A DNA stretch of 64,000 bases from Planctomycetota bacterium (GCA_947501605.1 CANMWZ010000016.1:1-64000), one strand, 5' to 3'. Counted from the first letter of the stretch, positions 37,787 to 47,957 are shown. Made by a program: numbers and translations. Notes: generated from the letters alone by a model not told the origin.

Positions 37787-38284
37787 TCAGAACGGGATGT
37801 CGCCGTAGTCCACTTCCCCTCCCTCACTGGCGCCTTCACCACCACGGCGAGCGCCACCACCACTACTACCACCACCACCACCACCTGCAGGGCGACGTGC
37901 CGCACCGCCGCCACTGGCGCCACCACCGCCGCTAGCGCCACCTTCGCCGGCTCCACGCGGTGCTCCGACGAACTGGAAGTTGTCGATGACGACCTCGAGC
38001 TTGTTTTTCTTCTGCCCGTCCTGACCCTCCCAGGTCGAGTACTCAAGTCGCCCCTCGACGAACAGAGGGCTCCCCTTGGCGACGTACTGGCTGAGCACTT
38101 CGGCCTGTCGGCCGAACGCGGTCAGGTCGACGAAACATGTCGACTCCTTTTGCTCGCCGTTCTGCGTCCACTTGCGATTGATCGCCATCCCTAGTTTGGC
38201 GATCTGCATGCCGCCTTGCGTCGTTCGCATTTCGACGTCGCGCGTGAGATTTCCCATCAGGATGACTTTGTTGAAGTTGGCCAT
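37787..38284 (-). CDS. ssb: Single-stranded DNA-binding protein
   Basis: NKVILMGNLTRDVE OB fold, Gly-rich linker, DIPF tail. Confidence 0.97.
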   Translation of the reverse strand: MANFNKVILMGNLTRDVEMRTTQGGMQIAKLGMAINRKWTQNGEQKESTCFVDLTAFGRQAEVLSQYVAKGSPLFVEGRLEYSTWEGQDGQKKNKLEVVIDNFQFVGAPRGAGEGGASGGGGASGGGAARRPAGGGGGGSSGGGARRGGEGASEGGEVDYGDIPF

Positions 38285-38451
38285 GACACCCTCGTTGTTC
38301 GTGTGAAGAAGAAGACGACGGGATCGGGTGCGTTCCGCCGCTCAGAGAAGGATGCGATGCTAGGTCCTGTCGCTGGGTTTTCCCATCGCTCGCCACATCG
38401 CCGCCGCGCTGGCGCGCAGTCGACCCGACAGCTAACCTGAGTCCCGCAACC

Positions 38452-38796
38452 ATGAGCACTCCCGCTAGAGAACGCCGCCGTGCGCCACGCGCGATCGCCG
38501 ACTTCCCGATCCAACTGACCCAAGGCCCGGAGGGCGCGGAAGGCCGCTTGAAGGACTTGTCGGCGATCGGCCTCAGCTGCACAACCGGAGCAGATGTTCC
38601 GGAGTTCACCAAGCTAGGAATCGACCTACAACTCCCTGGGCAGAGCCGCCGGCACAGCATCCAGGGCGCAGTCGTTCGCAGCGAGGCATCGCGAACGGAG
38701 AAGGGCAAGTTCGAGATCGCGATCTACTTCACCGAGATCGAGGCGGCGACCAAGCTGGCAATCGGCGAATACGTGAGCGGCGGCGAGCCAGCCTGA
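38452..38796 (+). CDS. Stand-alone PilZ domain protein (c-di-GMP receptor)
   Basis: RRRAPR (RxxxR) and DLSAIG (DxSxxG) motifs. Confidence 0.85.
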   Translation: MSTPARERRRAPRAIADFPIQLTQGPEGAEGRLKDLSAIGLSCTTGADVPEFTKLGIDLQLPGQSRRHSIQGAVVRSEASRTEKGKFEIAIYFTEIEAATKLAIGEYVSGGEPA

Positions 38797-38811
38797 ACCG
38801 AACGGCACCCT

Positions 38812-38857
38812 GACGCTCTGCGCGAGGTCGCGACGACGCTCTGCGCGAGGTCGCGAC
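38812..38857. repeat. Perfect 23-bp tandem duplication GACGCTCTGCGCGAGGTCGCGAC x2
   Basis: Copies at 38812-38834 and 38835-38857, between convergent stop codons. Confidence 0.9.
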
Positions 38858-38866
38858 GCGCGGTCG

Positions 38867-39721
38867 TCAGCGCCGGCGAGCGAGGAGGAACCGCGGATTG
38901 GCGGCCAGATCGGACCGCAGTTCTGCGTCCATCAAATCAGCACACCCCGCCAGCACAGCAAGACAGGCGTCGCTGGCGCCAAGGCCAGTCTCTAGTACCA
39001 AGCTAGCGCCGCTCCGTAGATGCCGGCCGACACCTGCGGCAATGGCGCGATAGCACGAAGCGGGATCGCCGTGTTGGCTGAATAGTGCCAACGGAGGCTC
39101 GAAGGAACGCACATCATCCGCGAGCAGATCGGGCTGCGCAGGATCGACGTAGGGCGGATTGGAGACCAGGAGATCGAAGGGCTCTTCGCCCCCGCAGGCC
39201 TCCCACCACGACCCATGGCGCAACGTGACGCGCGACTGGAGGTCATGACGCGACAGGTTGCGTGCGGCGATCGCGAGCGCATTCTTGCTGACGTCAGAGG
39301 CGACGATTTTGAGGTCCGGGCGTTCGAGAGCCAGCGCCACCGAGATGGCGCCACTGCCGGTGCCAAGCTCGATGACCCGCGCTCCTTCTGGCGCCGAGGC
39401 AAGCGCAAGCTCCACCAGTTCCTCGGTCTCGGGACGAGGGATCAACACCGCGGGCGACACTTCGACCGTGTGGCCGCGGAAGCTCCACTCGCCTAGCAAG
39501 TAAGCAACCGGCTCATGCTTGCCGCGACGAGCAATCAAGGCCCGCATGGCAGTACGCTCGTGGTCCCCTAACGGACGATCATGCTGGAGGTAGAGCTGCA
39601 GCCGGTCGATGCCCAGCACTTTGCCGAGCAGCAACTCCGCCGAGCGCCTTGGCGCATCGACCTGGTGCTGGTCGAGCCACCCTTCGGCAGCTCGCAGAAC
39701 GGAGAGCACGGTATGGCTCAC
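38867..39721 (-). CDS. prmC: Release factor glutamine methyltransferase
   Basis: EPVAYLLG, VLIPRPETEELV, ELGTGSG and SNPPY motifs. Confidence 0.95.
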   Translation of the reverse strand: MSHTVLSVLRAAEGWLDQHQVDAPRRSAELLLGKVLGIDRLQLYLQHDRPLGDHERTAMRALIARRGKHEPVAYLLGEWSFRGHTVEVSPAVLIPRPETEELVELALASAPEGARVIELGTGSGAISVALALERPDLKIVASDVSKNALAIAARNLSRHDLQSRVTLRHGSWWEACGGEEPFDLLVSNPPYVDPAQPDLLADDVRSFEPPLALFSQHGDPASCYRAIAAGVGRHLRSGASLVLETGLGASDACLAVLAGCADLMDAELRSDLAANPRFLLARRR

Positions 39722-39758
39722 GCGGTGTAATCGGGCGTCGGCGGCGCCGACGCGAAGG

Positions 39759-40490
39759 TCAACGACGCTTGCGCTCAGCAGCTTGGGTCATGCGCGCCTG
39801 CTTCTGTTCCTTGTTCTTCTTGGCGCCGCCAGCGATGCCCGCGATGAAGAAGAATTCGGCCAGCAGTGCGCCCAAGAACACGAAGAAGCGACCGGTACCA
39901 AAGGCTCGGAAGAACAACTCGACGCGCATCGCGGCGTCGGCGGACTCCACCTTCTTCGATAGCGCGAGGCCCATGTCCCCAAACAGGCTGTTCCACCCGT
40001 AACCCGGCTCCAGCATCGCGTTGCCGTGGAGGCTGCCCCATTGACGCGCGCTCTCGATCGCCGCGGGGGCGTCGTAGCCGATCAGATTCATGGTCTGCGC
40101 CAAGAGAGGGATGAAGCACAGAAGCAGCCACTTCAGGCTGGCTCCAGTCGAGCGGTTGTTGTGAATCGCTGCCCACCAGGTCCAGACCATGCCAAGACCG
40201 ATGAACAGGAACACGGCACCACTCATCGTCTTGTAGCCGACGTAGTTGATGTCCGCCGAGAACGGCATCAGACAGCCCAGGACCATCAAGACGCCGCACA
40301 TCAGGAAGCGATACGACATCTTGTCGACGCAGCGCTGGTTGAAGGCCGGCGGCGGCAGACCAGCGCTCGGTCCCTGCGACATCATCGCATCGGGCATCGA
40401 TGGCATCGGCACTGCATCCGCCATCGGCATCGCGCCGGGATCGAGAGGTTCAAGGTCCTGCAGTTGGGGGTCGTTGCCGCTATCGGTCAT
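39759..40490 (-). CDS. Hypothetical membrane protein (about 4 TM)
   Basis: Four hydrophobic segments, acidic Pro/Met-rich N-terminus, basic tail. Confidence 0.8.
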   Translation of the reverse strand: MTDSGNDPQLQDLEPLDPGAMPMADAVPMPSMPDAMMSQGPSAGLPPPAFNQRCVDKMSYRFLMCGVLMVLGCLMPFSADINYVGYKTMSGAVFLFIGLGMVWTWWAAIHNNRSTGASLKWLLLCFIPLLAQTMNLIGYDAPAAIESARQWGSLHGNAMLEPGYGWNSLFGDMGLALSKKVESADAAMRVELFFRAFGTGRFFVFLGALLAEFFFIAGIAGGAKKNKEQKQARMTQAAERKRR

Positions 40491-40534
40491 GAGTGGGCTC
40501 CGGAGGGGTCTAGCGAAGAGGACTGGGGAGAGGT

Positions 40535-41617
40535 TCAGATCTGTTCGAGTCGGCGTTCGCGATCGTCGGCGAGCAACGCCGCCACGACCGGTTCGAGCCG
40601 CCCTTCCATGATCTGGGTCAACGAGAAGTTGCGACCCAGTCGATGGTCGGTCAAGCGATCCTGCGGGAAGTTGTAAGTCCGGATGCGTTCGCTTCGGTCT
40701 CCGGTACCGACTTGCTCCTTGCGCTCGGCAGCCCGCGCAGCCGCGGCGGCGCGTTTCTGCGCCTCGTAGAGCCGGGCACGCAGCAGCTTCATCGCTCGCT
40801 GCCGATTCTTGAGCTGACTTCGCTCCTCCTGGCAGGCCACGACTACACCACTGGGCAAGTGCGTGATGCGGACAGCGGACTCCGTCTTGTTCACGTGCTG
40901 ACCACCAGCACCGCTGCTGCGGAAGGTGTCGATTTTCAGGTCCTTGTCATCGATTGCGATCTCGACATCCTCGACCTCGGGCAACACGGCAACCGTGGCG
41001 GCCGATGTATGCACGCGACCCTTGGCCTCCGTTTCTGGCACCCGCTGCACCCGATGCCCGCCCGACTCGAACTGTAGGTAGTGGAACACGCCCTCGCCTC
41101 GCAGTGCGAAGATCACTTCCTTGACCCCGCCCTGCTCCGCTTCAGAGCTGTGCATCAGTTCGACCTCCCACCCCATCCGCTGGGCGTAACGCTGGTAGAG
41201 GTCGGAAAGATCGCGCGCAAACAGGGCAGCCTCTTCGCCACCGGTGCCGGCGCGGATTTCGACGATACAGTTCCTGCGGTCGTCGCCGAGGTCGGCAAGG
41301 AGCGCGTCAATGAGCCCTTCTCCCAACGCGGCCGCACGCGCCTTCAGCTCCGGCAACTCAGCACGTGAGAGTTCCGCGAGATCTGAATCAGCACCGGGCT
41401 GCAGCAAGGACTCGTTGTCCTCGATCTGGGCAACTGTGGCTCGAAACTGCTCATAGCGAGCCACCGTGGCGTAAAGCGACCCGAGTTCCTTTTGGATGGA
41501 AGCGAGTCGCTCGGGCTTCCGAGTTGCCTCTGGGTCTGCGGATTGCGCCAGCAACTCGCGCTGACGCGCGACCATGCCATCGAGTCGGGCCTGGATGCGC
41601 GGACGCAGTTGCGACAT
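40535..41617 (-). CDS. prfA: Peptide chain release factor 1
   Basis: [20 protein letters not shown] (PxT) and GAGGQHVN motifs. Confidence 0.97.
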   Translation of the reverse strand: MSQLRPRIQARLDGMVARQRELLAQSADPEATRKPERLASIQKELGSLYATVARYEQFRATVAQIEDNESLLQPGADSDLAELSRAELPELKARAAALGEGLIDALLADLGDDRRNCIVEIRAGTGGEEAALFARDLSDLYQRYAQRMGWEVELMHSSEAEQGGVKEVIFALRGEGVFHYLQFESGGHRVQRVPETEAKGRVHTSAATVAVLPEVEDVEIAIDDKDLKIDTFRSSGAGGQHVNKTESAVRITHLPSGVVVACQEERSQLKNRQRAMKLLRARLYEAQKRAAAAARAAERKEQVGTGDRSERIRTYNFPQDRLTDHRLGRNFSLTQIMEGRLEPVVAALLADDRERRLEQI

Positions 41618-41698
41618 GCCGGGGACTAGGAACGGCGATCCGTCGCTGTGCGCTCACTGCTTCACGGCCTGTGCCTAGCAGCGATCCGCACGCACGAC

Positions 41699-41911
41699 TC
41701 AGGACTTGGTGGCGGTCTTGCCGTAACGCTTCAGGAACTTGTCGACGCGACCTGCCGTGTCGACGAACTTCTGGGAGCCGGTGTAGTACGGGTGGCACTC
41801 GGCGCAGACGTCCGTACGGATCTCCATGCGAACCGAGCGGGTCGCAAACTTGTGGCCGCAGGCGCAGGTGACTTGACAGTCCTGGTACTTGGGGTGGATG
41901 TTCTCTTTCAT
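41699..41911 (-). CDS. rpmE: 50S ribosomal protein L31, zinc-binding type
   Basis: [33 protein letters not shown]. Confidence 0.97.
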   Translation of the reverse strand: MKENIHPKYQDCQVTCACGHKFATRSVRMEIRTDVCAECHPYYTGSQKFVDTAGRVDKFLKRYGKTATKS

Positions 41912-41950
41912 GGCGCGCCGCTCGCGATTGTGCACGAGCAAGGGGCGGAG

Positions 41951-41978
41951 AGTGTAGGCCGCAACTGCCTACCGTCAA
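41951..41978 (-). promoter_or_regulatory. Sigma70-type promoter of rpmE (TTGACG-N16-TACACT)
   Basis: Near-consensus hexamers 39 nt upstream of the ATG. Confidence 0.6.
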
Positions 41979-42001
41979 CGGTTCACTCAAACCGCATCCA
42001 C

Positions 42002-42520
42002 TCATCGAAGCCAGGAAACCAACGCCGCGCGATCCGCTGCGTCCCCGACAATGCCCTGAAGGATCAGACGATCGACCGCTACCGGCCGGTCGATCCAGAT
42101 GGAAGACAGGAGATCGAGCAGGACGACGCGGAGTTCTGGGTCCAGCGCCCCCAGCTCCAAGGCCGGGAGCACCACTGCGGCAGCTTGGAGTTCCATTCGC
42201 CCAGGGACAGTCGGGAGGGGCGGCGAACGCCGTTGGACCAGACTGCCATCAGACAAGAGTCGCCACTCCACGGCAGCCTCGGGCACCGTGCCAGGACGGT
42301 CGCAAAGCACGATCGAATGGACGGCGAAGCCGCGATCCAGCACGGGGGACGCGACGTTTTCCAGGCCGAGGTCCGCGGCGGCGGCCTCACGCAGTTCCGA
42401 GCGCGTGCGCGCCTCGGCCTCGTGCTGCCGAAACCACACTTCGAGCCCACCGATAGCGATTGCTGCACAAGCCGCCACGAAAACGAGCTTTCCCACGACA
42501 CTTCGTGGCCACACAGTCAT
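42002..42520 (-). CDS. Hypothetical protein with N-terminal TM helix
   Basis: ATGA overlap with maf. Confidence 0.65.
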   Translation of the reverse strand: MTVWPRSVVGKLVFVAACAAIAIGGLEVWFRQHEAEARTRSELREAAAADLGLENVASPVLDRGFAVHSIVLCDRPGTVPEAAVEWRLLSDGSLVQRRSPPLPTVPGRMELQAAAVVLPALELGALDPELRVVLLDLLSSIWIDRPVAVDRLILQGIVGDAADRAALVSWLR

Positions 42521-43107
42521 TCGGGCCCCGCATTCAGCAGGTGCCTGACTGCTGCCAAACTGAGGCCCACTACGGTGTCGAAGGATCCCTCGACGAGGCT
42601 GACGAACGACTGCGCGTCATCCTGGATGCCGTAAGCACCGGCCTTGCCGCGCCATTCGCCACTGTCGAGGTAGGCTCGCAACGCCTCTTCGTCCACCGGT
42701 CGGCACGACACCGTCGAGGTTGTGAGGTGTTCGCGGAAACAACCTGACGCAGCGTCGACGAGACAGTGCGCTGTGTGCACCTGATGCACTCTGCCGGCCA
42801 ACCGACGCAGAAGCAGGTCCGCGTGATGCCGATCGAGTGCCTTGGGGATCTCCGCGCCATCGAGGTCCACCACCGTATCCACACCAAGGATCGGGGCCTT
42901 CACCCCGCGCGGCGCCACCGCCAGCGTTGCTTTGCTGCGCGCTCGTTCCACGGCGCGCTGCTTCGGCGGACCACAAGCCTCCGGCTCCGGGCCAGGCACG
43001 CCGATCACGAACGGGATCCCAGCCGCGGCCAATAGGGCGCTGCGACGAGGTGACGTCGACGCCAGCACAAGGACTGGGCGAGCACCAACGTGGAGATCCC
43101 GGCGCAT
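42517..43107 (-). CDS. maf: Maf family nucleoside triphosphate pyrophosphatase
   Basis: LVLASTSPRR, GVDTVV, GKAGAYGIQ and VVGL motifs. Confidence 0.92.
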   Translation of the reverse strand: MRRDLHVGARPVLVLASTSPRRSALLAAAGIPFVIGVPGPEPEACGPPKQRAVERARSKATLAVAPRGVKAPILGVDTVVDLDGAEIPKALDRHHADLLLRRLAGRVHQVHTAHCLVDAASGCFREHLTTSTVSCRPVDEEALRAYLDSGEWRGKAGAYGIQDDAQSFVSLVEGSFDTVVGLSLAAVRHLLNAGPE

Positions 43108-43221
43108 CCGGGGATCATACTCCGACCCAGGGCGCGGCGTGCAATGGGTGGCAACAACCGACATGCCTAACGGCGACGACGACTCAACCCACCGCGCGGG
43201 GAGCCAAGTCGGGTAGGCACT

Positions 43222-43974
43222 TCAACCGCGCTTCTTCGAGCTTGGCAGGAGTCGCGCCAGGATGCAGGCCGGCGATAGCGCGTGCGCAAGGTTTGGCTTG
43301 CCCGTTGGCAGATCCGGACCAACTTCGAGCGGCAGATGGCCGTAGGGCTGCAAAATCGTTCGAACCTGCGCAACGAAGTTGTTGGCGGCGGCATCCTTCG
43401 GATCCATGCCCAGCTTCTGTTGCACGCGCAGTGTGGACTTGTCCGAGAAGCAGAGTTCTTCGATCGTCAGCAGGTTGTTCAGGAAGGCCGCGACGTGCGG
43501 ACGCAACGCTGGAGTCCGCTGGAAAAAATTGGCGCGATCGCCAACTCCAAGGGCCCGCAGGAAGTCCAGACTGACACCATTTTGGTCGTTGTAGGTCTGA
43601 GCGACGGACTCGCGAACCCACGTGCACCGCTCGAAGAGGCTCGGAATCTGCATGTCGCGCATCAACTCTTCAACTTCGTAGGCCTCCGTGACGCGAAACT
43701 CGTTGCGGTCAACGAAGCTCTCGACGATGCGGCGCCGAGCTTCCTGGCCGTAGCCGCAGGGCAGACCATCCGCAAAGTAGGCATGCAGCATCGCCTCCAC
43801 GAGGTCGTTGGGCTTTGGCTCCGTGGGCGGCGGCACGTCCACGAGCGCGGCCTGCAGCTCGCCGAGCACCTGATTCCAGCTTGCCGCGTTTTGCGGAAGC
43901 GACTCGCGGGGATCCGGAGCCGATGGGGTTCCGACTGAGTCGGCGGGGTTGCGGTTCTTCTTCTTCGTGGGCAC
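43222..43974 (-). CDS. Hypothetical protein, degenerate endonuclease III/HhH-GPD-like
   Basis: FVDRNEFRVT..E, SLDFLR and HhH-like PALRPHVA segments; no GPD-Asp motif and no FeS cysteines. Confidence 0.55.
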   Translation of the reverse strand: MPTKKKNRNPADSVGTPSAPDPRESLPQNAASWNQVLGELQAALVDVPPPTEPKPNDLVEAMLHAYFADGLPCGYGQEARRRIVESFVDRNEFRVTEAYEVEELMRDMQIPSLFERCTWVRESVAQTYNDQNGVSLDFLRALGVGDRANFFQRTPALRPHVAAFLNNLLTIEELCFSDKSTLRVQQKLGMDPKDAAANNFVAQVRTILQPYGHLPLEVGPDLPTGKPNLAHALSPACILARLLPSSKKRG

Positions 43975-44080
43975 CCTGGCCTCCAAGATCTCGTCGGAAC
44001 GCAGGAACCGTCGCTCTACAGGGACCGCATGGGGAGCACTTGGATCGCTCGCTCCTCCACGGTCCACTGCAGGCGCAACA

Positions 44081-44473
44081 TCACTTCTTCTTCTTCGGGG
44101 CAGGCTTGCCCTTGGCGTCAACCACAGGCTTCGGCTTCGGCTTGCGCGGCACCTTCTTCTTTGGTGGCACCCAAGTCTTCGGCTTCGCCTTGCTCTTGCC
44201 GCGCACCGGCTTCTTGCGAACCGGCATTGCGATACCCGAGCGCTTGATCATGCTCGTCACGGTTTCCGAGGGCTGCGCACCGACCGAGAGCCAGTAGCTA
44301 ATGCGCTCGGCATTCAGCTTCAGCTGCTCCTGCTCACGCGGCATCAACGGCAAGTAGTAACCGAGGGCTTCGATGATGCGGCCATCGCGCGGCGAGCGCG
44401 AGTCCGCAGCTACCAAGCGGTACGTCGGGAGGTTCAGGCGACCGAACCGTTTCATGCGAAGCTTGACGACCAA
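44081..44473 (-). CDS. rpsP: 30S ribosomal protein S16 with Lys/Pro-rich tail
   Basis: VKLRMKRFGR, DSRSPRDGRIIE.LGYY.P and WLSVGAQPSETV motifs. Confidence 0.97.
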   Translation of the reverse strand: MVVKLRMKRFGRLNLPTYRLVAADSRSPRDGRIIEALGYYLPLMPREQEQLKLNAERISYWLSVGAQPSETVTSMIKRSGIAMPVRKKPVRGKSKAKPKTWVPPKKKVPRKPKPKPVVDAKGKPAPKKKK

Positions 44474-44677
44474 GGCGAAGAATCTCCGTGCAGACTACGG
44501 GGCGCGATCAGGAACGGCCGAGCCGTTCCTCGGTGCCAAACGCAGCACTCCGCTGCGAGAGCCACCGACGAAAGGGCGAAGGAGCAAACCAGATTGAGGT
44601 TGCCTTTGCCAGCCCTTTTTCCGAGTCGAAGCGCACTAGGCGTGATGCCGAAGGGCTGAGGCGCTGTCGCAGCACGA

Positions 44678-46117
44678 TCAACGACGACGACCAGGAAGGC
44701 CAGGAAAGCCCTGCCCAGGGAAACCGCGCGGACCTGCCCCACCGGGGCGCTGACCGCCGAGCAGGCTTTCGAGATTGCCCAATCCACCGCCGCCCATGCC
44801 GCCGAGCCCACCTGGACCACCTAGCCCACCCTTGCCCAGCTTCTTCATCATGTCCTGCATCGCCTTGAACTGCTTGATGAGCGCATTCACGGCGTCGAGT
44901 GCATTGCCCGAGCCCGCAGCGATACGGCGCCGGCGGGGCAAGTCGATCAAATCTGGCTTCCGACGCTCTCGAGGCGTCATCGAAAGAATGACGGCCTCGA
45001 TGCGCTTGAAATGCGCATCGTCGAAATCGACGTCTTTGAGCATCTGGCCAACGCCTGGCAACATGCCAAGGACCTTCTTCAACGGGCCGAGCTTGCGGAT
45101 CATGTTCAACTGCTGGAGGAAGTCCTCGAAGGAGAACTGACCCTTCTGGAGCTTCTGTGCGGCTTTCGCAGCCTCCTTCTCGTCGATCACCTCCTGTGCC
45201 TTTTCGACGAGGCCGACGACGTCTCCCATACCCAGGATTCGACCCGCCATTCGCGGTGGATCGAACTCCTCTAGGTCATCGGGCTTCTCGCCGACGCCAG
45301 CGAAAAGGATCGGTCGACCCGTGACCTTGACGATCGACAGGGCCGCCCCGCCGCGCGCATCGCCATCGACCTTGGTCAGGATCAGCCCATGCAGCGGCAA
45401 CCGGGTGTGGAACTCCTTGGCTGAGTTCACGGCGTCCTGCCCGAGCATCGCGTCGCAGACCAGCAAGACGCCATGCGGCTTGCATCGCGCATGGACTTCA
45501 GCCAACTCCGCCATCAACACTTCGTCGATGTGCAGCCGACCGGCAGTGTCAAGGATCACAACGTCGTGGCCGTGCTTCGTTGCGTGCTCGATGCCGCGAC
45601 GACAGACCTCGGGAGGTCTGGCAGTTACCGGCTCCGCATAGACCGCAATGCCGAGTTGCTTGCCAAGGCTCTGTAACTGATCGACTGCGGCGGGACGCTG
45701 GAGATCCGCGGCGACGAGCAAGGGGTTCTTCTTCTTGTTCTTGCGCAGCCACAACGCGAGCTTGCCGCAAGTCGTTGTCTTGCCGCTCCCCTGAAGGCCG
45801 CACATCATCAACACCAGCGGCGGCGCATCGGCGACCGGCAACCCGGTCCGCTCCCCTCCCAGCAGCTCGGTCAAAGCGTCATGGAAGACCTTGATGAACT
45901 GCTGACCCGGGTTGACCGCCTTGATGACTTCCTGACCAAGGGCGCGTTGCTTGACGTCGACGATGAACTGCTTGGCAACTTGGTAGTTGACGTCGGCCTC
46001 GAGCAGCGCCTGCCGGACAGATCGAATGCCGTCTTCGACGTTCTGCTCGGTGAGCACCTTCTGGCCAGCAATGGCGCGATATGCGTTTCCAAGGGCATTG
46101 GCGAGCGAGTCGAACAT
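44678..46117 (-). CDS. ffh: Signal recognition particle protein
   Basis: GLQGSGKTTT, DTAGRL and TKVDGDARGG motifs; M domain RRRRIAAGSG. Confidence 0.97.
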   Translation of the reverse strand: MFDSLANALGNAYRAIAGQKVLTEQNVEDGIRSVRQALLEADVNYQVAKQFIVDVKQRALGQEVIKAVNPGQQFIKVFHDALTELLGGERTGLPVADAPPLVLMMCGLQGSGKTTTCGKLALWLRKNKKKNPLLVAADLQRPAAVDQLQSLGKQLGIAVYAEPVTARPPEVCRRGIEHATKHGHDVVILDTAGRLHIDEVLMAELAEVHARCKPHGVLLVCDAMLGQDAVNSAKEFHTRLPLHGLILTKVDGDARGGAALSIVKVTGRPILFAGVGEKPDDLEEFDPPRMAGRILGMGDVVGLVEKAQEVIDEKEAAKAAQKLQKGQFSFEDFLQQLNMIRKLGPLKKVLGMLPGVGQMLKDVDFDDAHFKRIEAVILSMTPRERRKPDLIDLPRRRRIAAGSGNALDAVNALIKQFKAMQDMMKKLGKGGLGGPGGLGGMGGGGLGNLESLLGGQRPGGAGPRGFPGQGFPGLPGRRR

Positions 46118-46280
46118 GAGGGGCCCAGAATCGGCCGCGCACGAGCCCGGGTCAAGCGCACAGACTCGGTTCGAAGGCCCGCGGAAGACGCACCGGCTCT
46201 TTCACGTCCGAACTGCGACCGCGGCACCGCGGTTGCTACGCTCCGCCGACGTCGTCCGTTTCCCGCCTCAAGGTGTCCTC

Positions 46281-46808
46281 ATGCCGATCCGTTCGCTCGC
46301 CGCATTCGTACTGCTCGTGCTGCTACCCAACGCCTGCTCCACTGCCACCGCCAAGGATGAAGAAGGCACCGCCTACCCAGCGCTCGTAGCCTCGATGCAG
46401 ACGCTGCAGGACGAGCAGAAGCGGTTCACGGCCTCAAACCAGTTACCCCAGACCCTGGACTTCGACCGGAATGGGCGCGTGACGATCCGGCAGCTCTCCC
46501 TCGACGGATACCCAGGCAACACCTACGTCCGCGCCCGTTTCCACTACCAAAACAACACCGGGCGGCCGGTGCTGCGCGCCTTGATCTCGCTGGATGTGCT
46601 TGATGCCCGGGGCGAAATGGTAGCCAGCCAAGTCAGCGTCTGCATTTTCCCAACCCCCAGGGCAATCCACGACGGCACCTTTTTCGCCGACGAGTTGCGA
46701 ACCCAGACTCATGGCGCCCACGAGATCTCTGGATGGACTTGGCGACTAACCTGCAAGGCCGAGTTCATGGAATCAGAAGACGAGGCCACCGACGGCGGCT
46801 CGCGATGA
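46281..46808 (+). CDS. Hypothetical lipoprotein
   Basis: Signal peptide with PNAC followed by a beta-rich domain. Confidence 0.7.
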   Translation: MPIRSLAAFVLLVLLPNACSTATAKDEEGTAYPALVASMQTLQDEQKRFTASNQLPQTLDFDRNGRVTIRQLSLDGYPGNTYVRARFHYQNNTGRPVLRALISLDVLDARGEMVASQVSVCIFPTPRAIHDGTFFADELRTQTHGAHEISGWTWRLTCKAEFMESEDEATDGGSR

Positions 46809-46835
46809 TGCGCTAAGCCGCGTTAGGCTGCGCGC

Positions 46836-47957
46836 ATGACGACGATCGCGCCCACCCGATACCCGCGACGCCAGCGCAGTTTGAAGATCGTCTCTGTCGC
46901 GACGGGCTGCGCGATAGGCCTCCTCTGCGGCGAGATCGGCGCGCGGACCTTCGCTTGGCTGCGCGAGGCCAGCAAGCGGTCAGACTTCGAGCGAATGCGG
47001 ACTGGCCCGTCCGCTCTACGCCTCGACCGCGAGGCGAAACTCGGCGAGATCGTCTGCCCGAGTGCGTTCGACGACGTCATCTACGAGTTGATCCCCAGCT
47101 GCAGTGCACTGTTCCAAGGAGTTCCGTGCAGCTTCAACGCCGACGGTTACCGAGGTCCGCCGCTACCTGCCCGCAAGCGCGAGCCCGGCAGCCTGCGAAT
47201 CGTCGGCCTCGGTGACTCGGTCATGTTCGGCTGGGGAATCGACGAGCCCGACTGCTTCCTGCGGCGCATCGAGAGGACACTTCGTGCACGCATGCCGGAG
47301 CGACTCGTCGAAGTCGTGAACACAGGTGTGCCGGGCTACAACACCGCGATGGAAGTGGCCGCCTTCGAGCACAAGACGCTGTCGCTGCGGCCGGACGTGA
47401 TACTCATCGATTGGGTAGGCAACGACGCCGACCTGCCCAACCTTGTCGCCACTGACAGCAGTCCGTTCGATCTGTCGCGTTCGTTCCTCTACGACCTCAC
47501 ACGCAAAGCGCTCGGCTGGCGCACCCAGTGGCAGACGGGACCACTGCAGGAGGCTCCTTTCACGGGCGAACACTACGAACGCGACCCCGCACGCGTGCCG
47601 ACCGCTTACCGGGGAATGGTCGGCGAGGCGGGCGTCGAGCGCGCCCTCCGGCGGCTGGCGGAACTCGCCGAACAACATGGCTTCCGCGTCGTCGTCACCA
47701 GTCACTACGGCGTTCCCGAGTTCGTCCGCCAGTGCTGCCAGAAGCATCAGTGGCCGGTACTCGACAGTGTCGACCAAGTCCACGCCGCACTGCGTGAACG
47801 CGGTCTCGAGCCGGCGGACTATCGCCGTAGCGACCTCGTGCTCGGGCCGGAAGATCCGCACCCGAGCGCCCGAGCCCATGCCATGTATGCGGAGCGGCTG
47901 GCGAACTTTCTACAGCAGTTAGGCTGGCTCGCCCCGGCTGCGATCAACCCTCGCTGA
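46836..47957 (+). CDS. SGNH/GDSL hydrolase family protein
   Basis: GLGDS, NTGVPGYNT, GND and DPHPS blocks; N-terminal TM. Confidence 0.88.
   Translation: MTTIAPTRYPRRQRSLKIVSVATGCAIGLLCGEIGARTFAWLREASKRSDFERMRTGPSALRLDREAKLGEIVCPSAFDDVIYELIPSCSALFQGVPCSFNADGYRGPPLPARKREPGSLRIVGLGDSVMFGWGIDEPDCFLRRIERTLRARMPERLVEVVNTGVPGYNTAMEVAAFEHKTLSLRPDVILIDWVGNDADLPNLVATDSSPFDLSRSFLYDLTRKALGWRTQWQTGPLQEAPFTGEHYERDPARVPTAYRGMVGEAGVERALRRLAELAEQHGFRVVVTSHYGVPEFVRQCCQKHQWPVLDSVDQVHAALRERGLEPADYRRSDLVLGPEDPHPSARAHAMYAERLANFLQQLGWLAPAAINPR

Noticed and set aside
37830..37950. GGT/GGC-rich quasi-repeat
   Set aside because: Encodes the ordinary Gly-rich linker of SSB.
38812..38857. Possible mini-CRISPR
   Set aside because: Two abutting copies, no spacer and no cas genes.
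46268..46290. TCAAG...GCCGATCC near the lipoprotein start
   Set aside because: The spacer is 10 nt rather than 15, and the -10-like box lies inside the coding sequence.
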